Virus record (IMG/VR): IMGVR_UViG_3300045988_123906
Length of the DNA stretch: 64,000 nt
Origin: a virus
Reading direction: 5' to 3' (one strand)
The notes below the pieces were generated by a model. The model did no database searches, had not been told where the DNA came from, and saw only the letters and a list, made by a program, of their open reading frames with translations. The position numbers and the translations under genes were made by a program. Each line of letters starts with the position of its first letter. Positions within the stretch are counted from its first letter, which is position 1. This document shows positions 8,688-16,354 of the stretch, piece after piece.

Positions 8688-8766
8688 CCGGGTGTGGCGA
8701 AGTTGGTATCGCGCTAGGTTTGGGACCTAGAGATTTTCGCCCGTTCGAGTCGGGTCACCCGGACCA
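8688..8766 (+). tRNA. tRNA-Pro (anticodon TGG)
   Basis: Hand-folded cloverleaf: acceptor CCGGGTG/CACCCGG, anticodon arm CTAGG-TTTGGGA-CCTAG, T arm GCCCG-TTCGAGT-CGGGT, encoded CCA. The variable region is slightly long (8 nt). Confidence 0.7.
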
Positions 8767-8888
8767 CAGCATAGGGCTTTATCCTTTCTCCCTGTGCAAA
8801 AAAAGCGAAGTTTTTTCTCTTTCACTTTTCCTTTTTCTTCGCTCGTGGCTGAAAATGCCGGGCAGGTACGATAATCCTGCTTTGATAT

Positions 8889-8930
8889 GGAGCTGATGGT
8901 CGTACAACAGTTCGATTCTGTTGGGCTCCA
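8889..8930 (+). ncRNA. armless tRNA-like minihelix (acceptor stem plus T arm only)
   Basis: GGAGCTG-AT-GGTCGTAC-AACAG-TTCGATT-CTGTT-GGGCTCC-A. It has the same GATAT leader as the real tRNAs but no D or anticodon arm. Confidence 0.35.
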
Positions 8931-9319
8931 GCTAGGTTCGATGCAGCGGCGTAGTGTAGTACAAAGCTGCTGGGGTGGCGCAATTCCACCGTGGGTGATC
9001 ATACTCCCCCTCTGACACACCCATAACGCTCTGACCGAAAATAATATCCATGATGCAACGGGAGTAGCTACCCGCCACAGTGGATGTGCATGGCTCTATT
9101 ATGAGTAGGCGAATTTGGCACTGCCTGCGAAAGTGGCATAGATGCTCGGTGCCCAGAGTATCGGAGAGTGATTTAAAAGGGCAGCCTTTGAGGATGGACA
9201 CCATAAGAGACCAATTCGCTTATGTGTTGTATCCGCTGACGCGACTGAGTATTGCGCAAACTTTGTAAGCCGCTTGCTCCTCGCCGATGCCGTTACATGG
9301 TTAAATCCTCCTCTCTTAT

Positions 9320-9410
9320 GCCGGTATCGCTCAGCGGCTAGAGCACTGGGTTTATACCCCTTGGTCCAGATAAGACAGAGGCGCGGGTTCGAGTCCTGCT
9401 ACCGGCACCA
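9320..9410 (+). tRNA. tRNA-like gene, Ile(TAT)-type anticodon loop, with a 16-nt insertion
   Basis: Acceptor GCCGGTA/TACCGGC, canonical D arm (GCTC-AGCGGCTA-GAGC) and T arm (GCGGG-TTCGAGT-CCTGC), encoded CCA. Deleting 9361-9376 restores the anticodon arm CTGGG-TTTATAC-CCCAG. Confidence 0.5.
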
Positions 9411-9443
9411 TTTTTAGTAACATTTTGAAAGAAGGTATGAATC

Positions 9444-9698
9444 ATGGCAAATCTGAATATCAAAGAAATCGTTGAATGGATGATCGAAGAAGCGAAAAAT
9501 AAGGCTTCCGATAGCATCGCAATCATTGATGAAGGAGAAATCGTTAAAAAGTTCGGAGTGGAGTCTGGATGGCTTCAGAGCCATGGTCCAGAAATTTATC
9601 ACGAGTGCGATCAGCACTCAGAAGTTTTGGACTCTTTGATTTACACTGGAAATGATAGAGATTATTGGTCTATTCAGCTTACTATTAACAAGGAGTAA
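9444..9698 (+). CDS. hypothetical protein (84 aa)
   Basis: ORF with gaaagaagg tract upstream. No motif recognised. Confidence 0.55.
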   Translation: MANLNIKEIVEWMIEEAKNKASDSIAIIDEGEIVKKFGVESGWLQSHGPEIYHECDQHSEVLDSLIYTGNDRDYWSIQLTINKE

Positions 9699-9704
9699 AT
9701 CAAA

Positions 9705-10376
9705 ATGGCTGATAAATATCTCAGTATTATCACGAACTTCGGGTGCCACTACAGCTGCCCTGAGTGTATCGTCCGCAATAATAAGCTCAAGATGACGCCG
9801 ACAGGGGAGTATTCTTCTTACGCTCCGCTGTGGCAAGTTCTTCATAACGAATGCAAAGACTGCAACTGGGTATCTGTGTCTGGTGGCGGCGATCCGTTGT
9901 ATCACTGGTGGGAGCATCAGGCATGGTGGCTTGGCTTTTTCGAGATGTGCCAACGCTCTGGACGCAGGACCGAACTGCATACCAGTTACTTCGACGCAGA
10001 AAACAATCACGAGATTATGTTGTTTCCGTTTGGTAAGTTCGACCGTGTTGTATATCACCTGCATACGACAGATGAGATGGACAATGTTTGTCGTCGAGGC
10101 AACGAAATCGTTCGTGTGGTCTTTGTTGTGGACGACGATATGACTGAGGACGAAATCAATGGAATCGCTGATTATGTCGAAACGTCTAACGAGATCGACG
10201 AGCTTACCTTCCGGCAGCGTGTGGACGAGCACTACAAAGAAACTTACCATCTGCACGACTTCCTACTGGCTGGTCATCAGAAACGCTGGTGGTATGTCAC
10301 CCAGTGCGATTACAATACCTACTTCCATAACGGTAAGCTGTATACCAAGTATACTGATATCTTTGATAAGGAGTGA
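9705..10376 (+). CDS. radical SAM protein (possibly an NrdG-like activase)
   Basis: N-terminal CX3CX2C cluster (NFGCHYSCPECIV) and SGGGDP (GGE-like SAM-binding motif). 223 aa. Confidence 0.65.
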   Translation: MADKYLSIITNFGCHYSCPECIVRNNKLKMTPTGEYSSYAPLWQVLHNECKDCNWVSVSGGGDPLYHWWEHQAWWLGFFEMCQRSGRRTELHTSYFDAENNHEIMLFPFGKFDRVVYHLHTTDEMDNVCRRGNEIVRVVFVVDDDMTEDEINGIADYVETSNEIDELTFRQRVDEHYKETYHLHDFLLAGHQKRWWYVTQCDYNTYFHNGKLYTKYTDIFDKE

Positions 10377-10381
10377 TTCAG

Positions 10382-10690
10382 ATGTACATCGTCGTAAGCG
10401 ATTACACCAACGAGAAAGCTGATATCTACAAGTCGGTAAGTATCGATAAAGCATTCAAATCAAGAGACGATGCGATTGCTTTTGCCGCTGTCAGCTTTCA
10501 GTGTTTTCTCAATGGGATGCCTGAAGATGAGGCCGCTCGGTATGAAGATGCAGTGAAAGTTGACACTGAATCATACGCTGATTTTTGCGGATGCGAGTTG
10601 AACCCATATCCTGAGTATGTTATCGGTGCGGCAGTCGGCGATGGTGAAGATAATCACATGTACTACATGGTGTTTGAAGTAGAGGAGTGA
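10382..10690 (+). CDS. hypothetical protein (102 aa)
   Basis: aaggag RBS before ATG 10382. No motif recognised. Confidence 0.55.
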   Translation: MYIVVSDYTNEKADIYKSVSIDKAFKSRDDAIAFAAVSFQCFLNGMPEDEAARYEDAVKVDTESYADFCGCELNPYPEYVIGAAVGDGEDNHMYYMVFEVEE

Positions 10691-10730
10691 CCTGCGCAAG
10701 CAGTGGCGGCTCGGAAAGACGAGCGTATAT

Positions 10731-10810
10731 GGCCCCATGGCGAAATTGGCACACGCGGCAAGTTCAAACCTTGCTTATTGTTCCCGGTTCAAATCCGGGT
10801 GGGGCTACCA
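10731..10810 (+). tRNA. tRNA-Leu-like (anticodon CAA) with shortened variable region
   Basis: Leu-type D arm (TGGCGAAATTGGCACACGC), anticodon arm GCAAG-TTCAAAC-CTTGC, T arm CCCGG-TTCAAAT-CCGGG, A73 and CCA. The variable region is only 8 nt. G1-U72 wobble. Confidence 0.65.
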
Positions 10811-10897
10811 CCGGCTCGATCGAGTCGGGAGCTTATTGGGTGAAACGGTTTGGCAAATCGGAAAGACGGTTGACTGCTGGACAGACAGCTTTGATAT

Positions 10898-10986
10898 GCC
10901 GCTATGGTGAAATCAGGCTAGACACATCGAACTTAAGATTCGACGGTAGTAATATCATCTGGGTTCGAATCCCAGTAGCGGTACCA
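10898..10986 (+). tRNA. tRNA-Leu (anticodon TAA)
   Basis: Class II cloverleaf: anticodon arm TCGAA-CTTAAGA-TTCGA, 16-nt variable arm, T arm CTGGG-TTCGAAT-CCCAG, encoded CCA. Confidence 0.85.
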
Positions 10987-11074
10987 CCCCGAAAGGGGTA
11001 ACATAATAACTCTTGTCAATTATTCTCGGCTCGCTCGAAAGGGTGCAATTGGCCTTGTAAGCCGAGTATCTTAT

Positions 11075-11146
11075 GCGATTGTAGCTCAGTTGGTAGAGCA
11101 GCAGGCTGAATGCGCGTCGGTGGTTCAAGTCCATCCAATCGCACCA
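11075..11146 (+). tRNA. degenerate tRNA-like gene (anticodon arm does not fold)
   Basis: Perfect acceptor (GCGATTG/CAATCGC), D arm (GCTC-AGTTGGTA-GAGC), T arm (GGTGG-TTCAAGT-CCATC) and CCA. Only 19 nt lie between the D and T arms, and I could not form a 5-bp anticodon stem. Confidence 0.4.
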
Positions 11147-11279
11147 GGGTTCCTGTCTTTTTGGTATGTTACTCAGCAGGGACCTTTTACCTCATTCTTG
11201 TTATTCCCGGCTCTTTTAATACGATGCTTCGGTCTATATCGTATCGAAAGCAACAAGGCTTTGTAAGCCGGGTTTATAT

Positions 11280-11354
11280 GCAGCGGTCGTATAACGGTGA
11301 ATGTGCCAGCCTTCCAAGCTGGAGATGTGGGTTCGACTCCCATTCGCTGCTCCA
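11280..11354 (+). tRNA. tRNA-Gly (anticodon TCC)
   Basis: Anticodon arm CCAGC-CTTCCAA-GCTGG, T arm GTGGG-TTCGACT-CCCAT, U73 and CCA. Closely resembles the bacterial glyT-type sequence as I recall it. Confidence 0.85.
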
Positions 11355-11543
11355 TGCCGCAAGGCAAGACAGCTTTGCCCATTAGGTCTCTAACAAAATG
11401 GGGAATAGGTACATGGTGGTAAAAGTACGATCAATAAAATAGCCACGACTTCCTTGTTGCGCCCTAATGTTTCGGATATTGTGGTCCGAAATGGAAGTTG
11501 TCCTGCTTGGAGAATCGGGAGAGCAGGTGTACCTAATTTATAT

Positions 11544-11624
11544 GCGGCTATGGTGGAATAGGCAGACACGCCAAATTTAGGATCTGGTCTTCGGGTGAGG
11601 GTTCAAGTCCCTCTAGCCGCACCA
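11544..11624 (+). tRNA. tRNA-Leu (anticodon TAG)
   Basis: Leu-type D arm, anticodon loop TTTAGGA (one stem mismatch), 9-nt variable region, T arm GAGGG-TTCAAGT-CCCTC, encoded CCA. Confidence 0.7.
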
Positions 11625-11661
11625 TGTTCGAATATCAACACACAAAAAGAAGGAACGCAAA

Positions 11662-12024
11662 ATGATTTATCTTTATAAAAGTGATTTGACAAGAGCAAAA
11701 GAAATGAACCAAAAATGCCGGGAGGCTGGTGTGATTGCTCTGGATTGTGAGGGCAATGATTCCGACATGTATGGATGGCCTGATACTTTTTACCTGTATT
11801 TCCCCACAGAGGAATCTATCAAGCTATTCAACGATCTTTCTGATTACCTTCACATTGAGCGGACTGGCTTGTATATTATCCATAACGATAGTGGCGTGTT
11901 TTGTATTCCGGTTGACTATTATGCAGCCCAGTTTAAGGCTTTTACGCAAAACAATAATCGAGGAAAAACGAAACAGCTTATGAGGGTTGAGAATTTCAAA
12001 GAAGAGGAGGGCACAGCCGTATGA
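11662..12024 (+). CDS. hypothetical protein (120 aa)
   Basis: aagaagga RBS tract upstream. No motif recognised. Confidence 0.55.
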   Translation: MIYLYKSDLTRAKEMNQKCREAGVIALDCEGNDSDMYGWPDTFYLYFPTEESIKLFNDLSDYLHIERTGLYIIHNDSGVFCIPVDYYAAQFKAFTQNNNRGKTKQLMRVENFKEEEGTAV

Positions 12025-12395
12025 ACTCCATTATCAATCCTTGGGTGTTCTACTGGATTGGCATCGTAGATAGTGTCAGAACACTACTAATCGTCATTCT
12101 AACCGTGCTTATGATCGGAGGAGCGATTATGTTCATATGTACTATGAGCGATGCAGACGATCGTGGCTTTAAAGACAAAGATGTAGCCGAGGAAGTAAAA
12201 CTCTGCATCAAGGTTGCAATTGCAACTTTTGTTGTCGCGGTTCTGGTTTGTGTGGTTCCTTCTGAAGATACCTGCTATAAGATGCTCGCCGCTGATATGT
12301 TTACGCAGGATAACATCAACAACGCCACTGAGTATGTCACTGACGTGATCGATTATGCGGTCGACAAGGTCAAAGAAATGGATAGAAAGGACTGA
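12021..12395 (+). CDS. membrane protein (124 aa)
   Basis: ATGA overlap with the previous gene. Two clear TM segments (WVFYWIGIV..LLIVILTVLMIGGAIMFI; VAIATFVVAVLVCVV). Confidence 0.55.
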   Translation: MNSIINPWVFYWIGIVDSVRTLLIVILTVLMIGGAIMFICTMSDADDRGFKDKDVAEEVKLCIKVAIATFVVAVLVCVVPSEDTCYKMLAADMFTQDNINNATEYVTDVIDYAVDKVKEMDRKD

Positions 12396-12400
12396 GTAAC

Positions 12401-12649
12401 ATGGACGAGAGAAAATTCTGTATCGGTGATCGCGTAAGGCTTGAGTCTCCGTGGGGTCCTGATGATCCCAATGAGGGTAAAGAGGGAATTGTTGTTGGGT
12501 ATACAGAAGATACCGATTGTCTTCAAGTGCAGCTCTGCGATGGGTACACATGGAGCAAGCCAGAATTTCGCCTGATCGAGCACCTGCATGATGATTGGTG
12601 GGCACCTGTAGAGTCAACCAGTGAATGCCGCTGCGAGTCTCTGCTTTAA
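12401..12649 (+). CDS. outlying member of the C-x-C-[DE]-S-[LI]-L-COOH small-protein family
   Basis: 82 aa. N-terminal GDRVRL (SH3/KOW-like strand pattern) and C-terminal SECRCESLL, matching the array at 19251-22173. Confidence 0.6.
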   Translation: MDERKFCIGDRVRLESPWGPDDPNEGKEGIVVGYTEDTDCLQVQLCDGYTWSKPEFRLIEHLHDDWWAPVESTSECRCESLL

Positions 12650-12667
12650 TTTTTTTCGCCATCCAAA

Positions 12668-12684
12668 CACACTTTACACTGTCA
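12668..12684 (+). promoter_or_regulatory. CACACTTTACA motif copy 2
   Basis: AAACACACTTTACACTGTCA about 20 nt upstream of the 12703 start, preceded by AATTTTTTTC as at copy 4. Confidence 0.4.
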
Positions 12685-12702
12685 AATGAAAGGAGAAAAC
12701 GG

Positions 12703-12831
12703 ATGCATATCAAGTATGTGGACGGCCATTATGAAATCGTGTCGGCGGATAATGGCCAGTTCATTCAGTCGGCCGACACATGGGACGAGGCTCTTGACGA
12801 TATGAAAGAGCTGCTAACAACAACGGTATAA
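12703..12831 (+). CDS. hypothetical small protein (42 aa)
   Basis: aaaggag RBS 7 nt before ATG 12703, in frame with tracked ORF 12625-12831. Confidence 0.4.
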   Translation: MHIKYVDGHYEIVSADNGQFIQSADTWDEALDDMKELLTTTV

Positions 12832-12886
12832 CGAGCAAACCGGCTCGTTTACATAACATTTTTTTATTATAAAGGAGATCAATATT

Positions 12887-13318
12887 ATGAAGGCAACTGT
12901 TAAGTACAACAACGTTTTCGTCACTTCCGCTTACGACATCGAGACCCTGAAGAAGGTCAAGAAGTTCCGTCCCGAGGCTCTGGTTCTGTACAAGGGCGAG
13001 GGCAAGGAGAAGGAGCCTGTCTGCGCTATCGGTGTCAGCGGTTCTGCTTCTGCCAATGAGATGGGCGTGACTTTCGCAAAGAATTCTGTCACCACTCCCA
13101 AGGTCGCTACCATGAGCATCGAGCTGCCCAACGGCAAGACCACCGTCGAGGAGATTAACGAGTTCGTTCGTGAGAAGCTGGGTCTGGCCATCGTGAACTG
13201 CACCAAGATCGAGGAGCAGATCGCCGAGGCTATGAGCTCTATCGCTGCTGATGAGGCCGCTATGAACGCTGCTATCACCATCGAGAACGACGCTGAGCCT
13301 GAGGCCGCCGCTGAGTAA
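12887..13318 (+). CDS. hypothetical protein, probably abundantly expressed (143 aa)
   Basis: aaaggag RBS in an AT-rich leader. Every Lys codon is AAG and every Glu codon is GAG, unlike neighbouring genes. Acidic Ala-rich tail. Confidence 0.65.
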   Translation: MKATVKYNNVFVTSAYDIETLKKVKKFRPEALVLYKGEGKEKEPVCAIGVSGSASANEMGVTFAKNSVTTPKVATMSIELPNGKTTVEEINEFVREKLGLAIVNCTKIEEQIAEAMSSIAADEAAMNAAITIENDAEPEAAAE

Positions 13319-13357
13319 GAGCGCCGCCTGGTAAGAGCGCCGCCTGGTAAGAGCGCC
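13315..13357 (+). repeat. 16-nt tandem repeat GTAAGAGCGCCGCCTG x2.7
   Basis: Copies at 13315-13330, 13331-13346 and 13347-13357 (partial). Copy 1 contains the stop of 12887-13318, and successive copies place TAA in all three frames. Confidence 0.8.
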
Positions 13358-13470
13358 ACTGTGGTTCCACGCCGGATGTTCCAGCGCAATACGTCCGGCA
13401 TTCGTTTTAGATGATTCGTCAATCCGACGTTTCAACAATAAATTTTTCAAATTAAAAAGGAGTACATATT

Positions 13471-13701
13471 ATGCTGAAGATCACTGTGGGTACCAACACC
13501 AACCGTAAGACTGTCATGGCTACTGAGGACACTACCCTGCGTCAGTGCCTGGAGGAGAACGATATCAACTACTCTGCTGGTCAGACCTCTCTGGATGGCT
13601 GTGTTCTGCAGCCTGGCGACATGGATAAGACCTTTGCCGATATGCACGTTACCGAGAAGGCTTATCTGGTCTGTGTTCAGAAGATGGACAACGCCCGTTA
13701 A
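13471..13701 (+). CDS. 76-aa candidate beta-grasp (ubiquitin/ThiS-like) protein
   Basis: Strong RBS and exclusive AAG/GAG codon use. Ubiquitin-sized. The pattern LKITVG..RKTVMATEDTTLRQCLEE..SLDGCVLQPGD..AYLVCVQK resembles ThiS/MoaD/Ub strands. Ends in MDNAR with no GG. Confidence 0.5.
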   Translation: MLKITVGTNTNRKTVMATEDTTLRQCLEENDINYSAGQTSLDGCVLQPGDMDKTFADMHVTEKAYLVCVQKMDNAR

Positions 13702-13887
13702 GGAATTAACGGAGTCTGATCCTGAATCTGTTCGAGCGAATCTCGAATAAAGTCCGAATGTAAATCTGTTCTGGTTACAACAGATAAATAGCATTGCAGC
13801 CGCTGGCAGGCCGGTTAAAGTCTGCCTTATATGTGTCCAGTATCTGGGCTTTTAAATGCAAGATATGAATTTAAGGAGGAAGTAACT

Positions 13888-15363
13888 ATGGCATTCACTG
13901 GTTTGCTGACGAAGCTCGGCTCGAACGAATGCAACGAATTTTTCTCTGACATCAAGAGCAGGAACAAATTCGAAACCGAAGATAACACTGTCCTGACCGT
14001 TCTCCGGGCAGTGATGAACGAGGAGCGGCTGGCGACCTTTACCGTTGATCCCGAGAACAAGGGCATCATGCAGTCTCTGGTGGTCGAGAACGAGATCCGG
14101 CTTCCGGACGATGAGAAGCTGACAGCAGCCTATTACGCTGGTGAGCGTGGTCCGTTCACAAAGATCAAGCTCGGTCTGTATTTCCATTTCATCCCCAACA
14201 AGAAAGCAGCCGATTACATCAAGCAGGTGAAAATGTTCGACGAGGACTATAAGAAGGCGGGCTGGGTTCGTCTTGAGGATGTCTCTCTGTATGTCGATCG
14301 CAGCGGTGACGCTCTGGTCTATCAGAACGAAACCAAGCAGGCGACTATGGTGTTCGCTCCTTCGCCCAAGAGAATCCAGGTCATGCAGATGATGATGAGC
14401 TGTCTGCCTCGTCTGCTTCCGTGGGCATTCAAGGATCACCCGGCAACCAGGGATGAACTCGATCTGCTGAAGATGCTGGCTGAGCAGAAGTATGACAAGT
14501 TCAATGCGGCAATCGACAAGATCTGTGCAGCTTATGACTTCTACGGCAAGAAAGTCGAAAGCATGCTCAAGGGATTCTGCAGTCAGAACTTCACCCGCTC
14601 GATCCACGATCAGGAAGAACGTGTCCGCCGGGCAGAGAACAACGTCAACGATTATATGAGCAGCGCCCGCAATGCCATGAAGCAGGTGGATGAAGAGCAG
14701 ATGAAGCTTCTGGTGCTCCGGAATCGTGCCTGCAACTCTGGAGACGATGAGAAGGAGCTGGTCGATTTCTTCAAGGCGAACAAATCTCTTATCGCTCTGG
14801 ATAAGTCCGGCAATCAGCTGTGGGTCGGCGTGAACTGCTATCTGAATGACTACAACGAAGATATCTTTAAGCAGTATGTCGAAAAGCAGGATAAGATGTC
14901 CAGCTACATCTACGAGGAGAGCCCGTATGATATGGATCTCACCAAGAAGCTGTTCCTGGCTATCTGGAAAGAGCACCGGTTCAATCTGCGTGTCTACTGC
15001 GAGTGGATTGTCTATGATGACTGCCGCGTCGAAGCCGTCAGAAGCACTAACATGAATCACCGAGAAGACCTGATGAAGAATCGTTTTCCTCAGCCGCATA
15101 TCGACCGGTTTACCTGTTACGGCGGCTATCGCGGTATGCTTCAGGATCTGGCTCTCCGCCGTGATTACATCGGCGTTTTGTCTACTCTGGTGACTTCTTC
15201 TTCCTATATCAACTGGACGGATTCTACGGTCGTCGAATGGATGATGGAAAAGCTGTTCGGCGATTATAGTAATCGGAAGTGTCTGGAAGATAAGGATGGT
15301 AATCTCTACACCATCAAACAGGTGGTTGAGATCCTGGAAAACGAAAGCAGAGAAACGGCATAA
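13888..15363 (+). CDS. large protein of unknown family (491 aa); C-terminal region possibly E2-like
   Basis: aaggagg RBS 8 nt before ATG 13888, in frame with tracked ORF 13831-15363. Central coiled-coil. The C-terminal FPQPHIDRFTCYGG loosely recalls the HPN..C loop of E2 folds. Confidence 0.6.
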   Translation: MAFTGLLTKLGSNECNEFFSDIKSRNKFETEDNTVLTVLRAVMNEERLATFTVDPENKGIMQSLVVENEIRLPDDEKLTAAYYAGERGPFTKIKLGLYFHFIPNKKAADYIKQVKMFDEDYKKAGWVRLEDVSLYVDRSGDALVYQNETKQATMVFAPSPKRIQVMQMMMSCLPRLLPWAFKDHPATRDELDLLKMLAEQKYDKFNAAIDKICAAYDFYGKKVESMLKGFCSQNFTRSIHDQEERVRRAENNVNDYMSSARNAMKQVDEEQMKLLVLRNRACNSGDDEKELVDFFKANKSLIALDKSGNQLWVGVNCYLNDYNEDIFKQYVEKQDKMSSYIYEESPYDMDLTKKLFLAIWKEHRFNLRVYCEWIVYDDCRVEAVRSTNMNHREDLMKNRFPQPHIDRFTCYGGYRGMLQDLALRRDYIGVLSTLVTSSSYINWTDSTVVEWMMEKLFGDYSNRKCLEDKDGNLYTIKQVVEILENESRETA

Positions 15364-15376
15364 GGAGGTTTGAAGT

Positions 15377-16354
15377 ATGCAGCCGGTTAAGATGAATGAC
15401 GAACTGATCCAGGGAATTTTGCAGGAGTTCTATGCACAGGCTTCTGCGTTGGGTAATCTGCAGGCGGATAAGTTCTCCTTTAACAAGAATTTTTCCAAGC
15501 CTGCCAAGGACGCAGTCGAGGTGAATTTCACTCTGGAAGCTTATCACGAGATGTGTGCCCTGATCGATCACTTCAGTACCGAGGTCGCCTGGCACGGTCT
15601 GGTGAATCGCATTGATAAGACTCACTTCCAAATCACCAAGATCCTGGTTTATCCGCAGCAGGTCACGGGCGCAACAGTGAATACGGACCAGGAAAAGTAT
15701 ACGACCTGGCTGTATGAGCTGGACGATGAATCCTTTAATACGCTGCGGTTCCAGGGCCACAGTCATGTGAACATGAGCACTTCTCCCAGCGGTGTGGATA
15801 TGCAGAATCAGTGGGATCTCATTGATACTCTGAGCTCTGAGGATTACTACGTCTTTATGATCTGGAACAAGCGGCGGGAGTATAACGTCCGTGTTGTGGA
15901 CATGGCGGACAATGTCATCTACAGCGGCGATGATGTCAAGGTGACGATTGGAGAGGCCGATACGAAAGGGTTTCTCGAACAGGCGGAAGCGCTCGTCCAA
16001 AAGCCGGTCACAACCACATACAGCGGCTACAACAATGGCTACAGCGGCAACTACAATGGTGCAGCTTACTCCGGCAACTACAGCGCGGGTACAGCAGCTT
16101 ATCAGGGAGGCGCGTTCGTTGGTAACACAAGCTCCGCAGCCGCGTCCACGAAAACAAAAGCAGAAACGAAACCGGCAGCCACGACGAACCCGGCGCTGAA
16201 AACTGTCACGGGTGGAGCCGCCCCTAAGATCGATTCAGCCAAGAGCAAGGGAAGCGAATCCAATCTGATGAAGTATTATCAGGAGAATCCGAACGACCTG
16301 ATGAACAATTGGAATTCGAGCTGCTATCCCTACGCTGACGCATTCCAGGACTAA
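15377..16354 (+). CDS. JAB/MPN+ (JAMM) metalloprotease with G/Y/N/S-rich low-complexity tail
   Basis: HSHVNMSTSPSGVD matches HxHx7Sx2D exactly, with an upstream Glu (TEVAWHG). The C-terminal ~110 aa is low complexity (YSGYNNGYSGNYNGAAYSGNYSAG...). Confidence 0.8.
   Translation: MQPVKMNDELIQGILQEFYAQASALGNLQADKFSFNKNFSKPAKDAVEVNFTLEAYHEMCALIDHFSTEVAWHGLVNRIDKTHFQITKILVYPQQVTGATVNTDQEKYTTWLYELDDESFNTLRFQGHSHVNMSTSPSGVDMQNQWDLIDTLSSEDYYVFMIWNKRREYNVRVVDMADNVIYSGDDVKVTIGEADTKGFLEQAEALVQKPVTTTYSGYNNGYSGNYNGAAYSGNYSAGTAAYQGGAFVGNTSSAAASTKTKAETKPAATTNPALKTVTGGAAPKIDSAKSKGSESNLMKYYQENPNDLMNNWNSSCYPYADAFQD

Noticed and set aside
8931-9319. T-arm-like hairpins suggested a tmRNA.
   Set aside because: I could find no 5'/3' acceptor pairing ending in CCA and no plausible tag reading frame followed by a stop, so the identification is unsupported.
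8654-11385. Tracked + strand ORFs lie across the tRNA clusters (8654-8896, 10687-11001, 11110-11385, 39262-39501, 39576-39761).
   Set aside because: They overlap tRNA genes or structured spacers, lack RBSs, and have no protein-like motifs.
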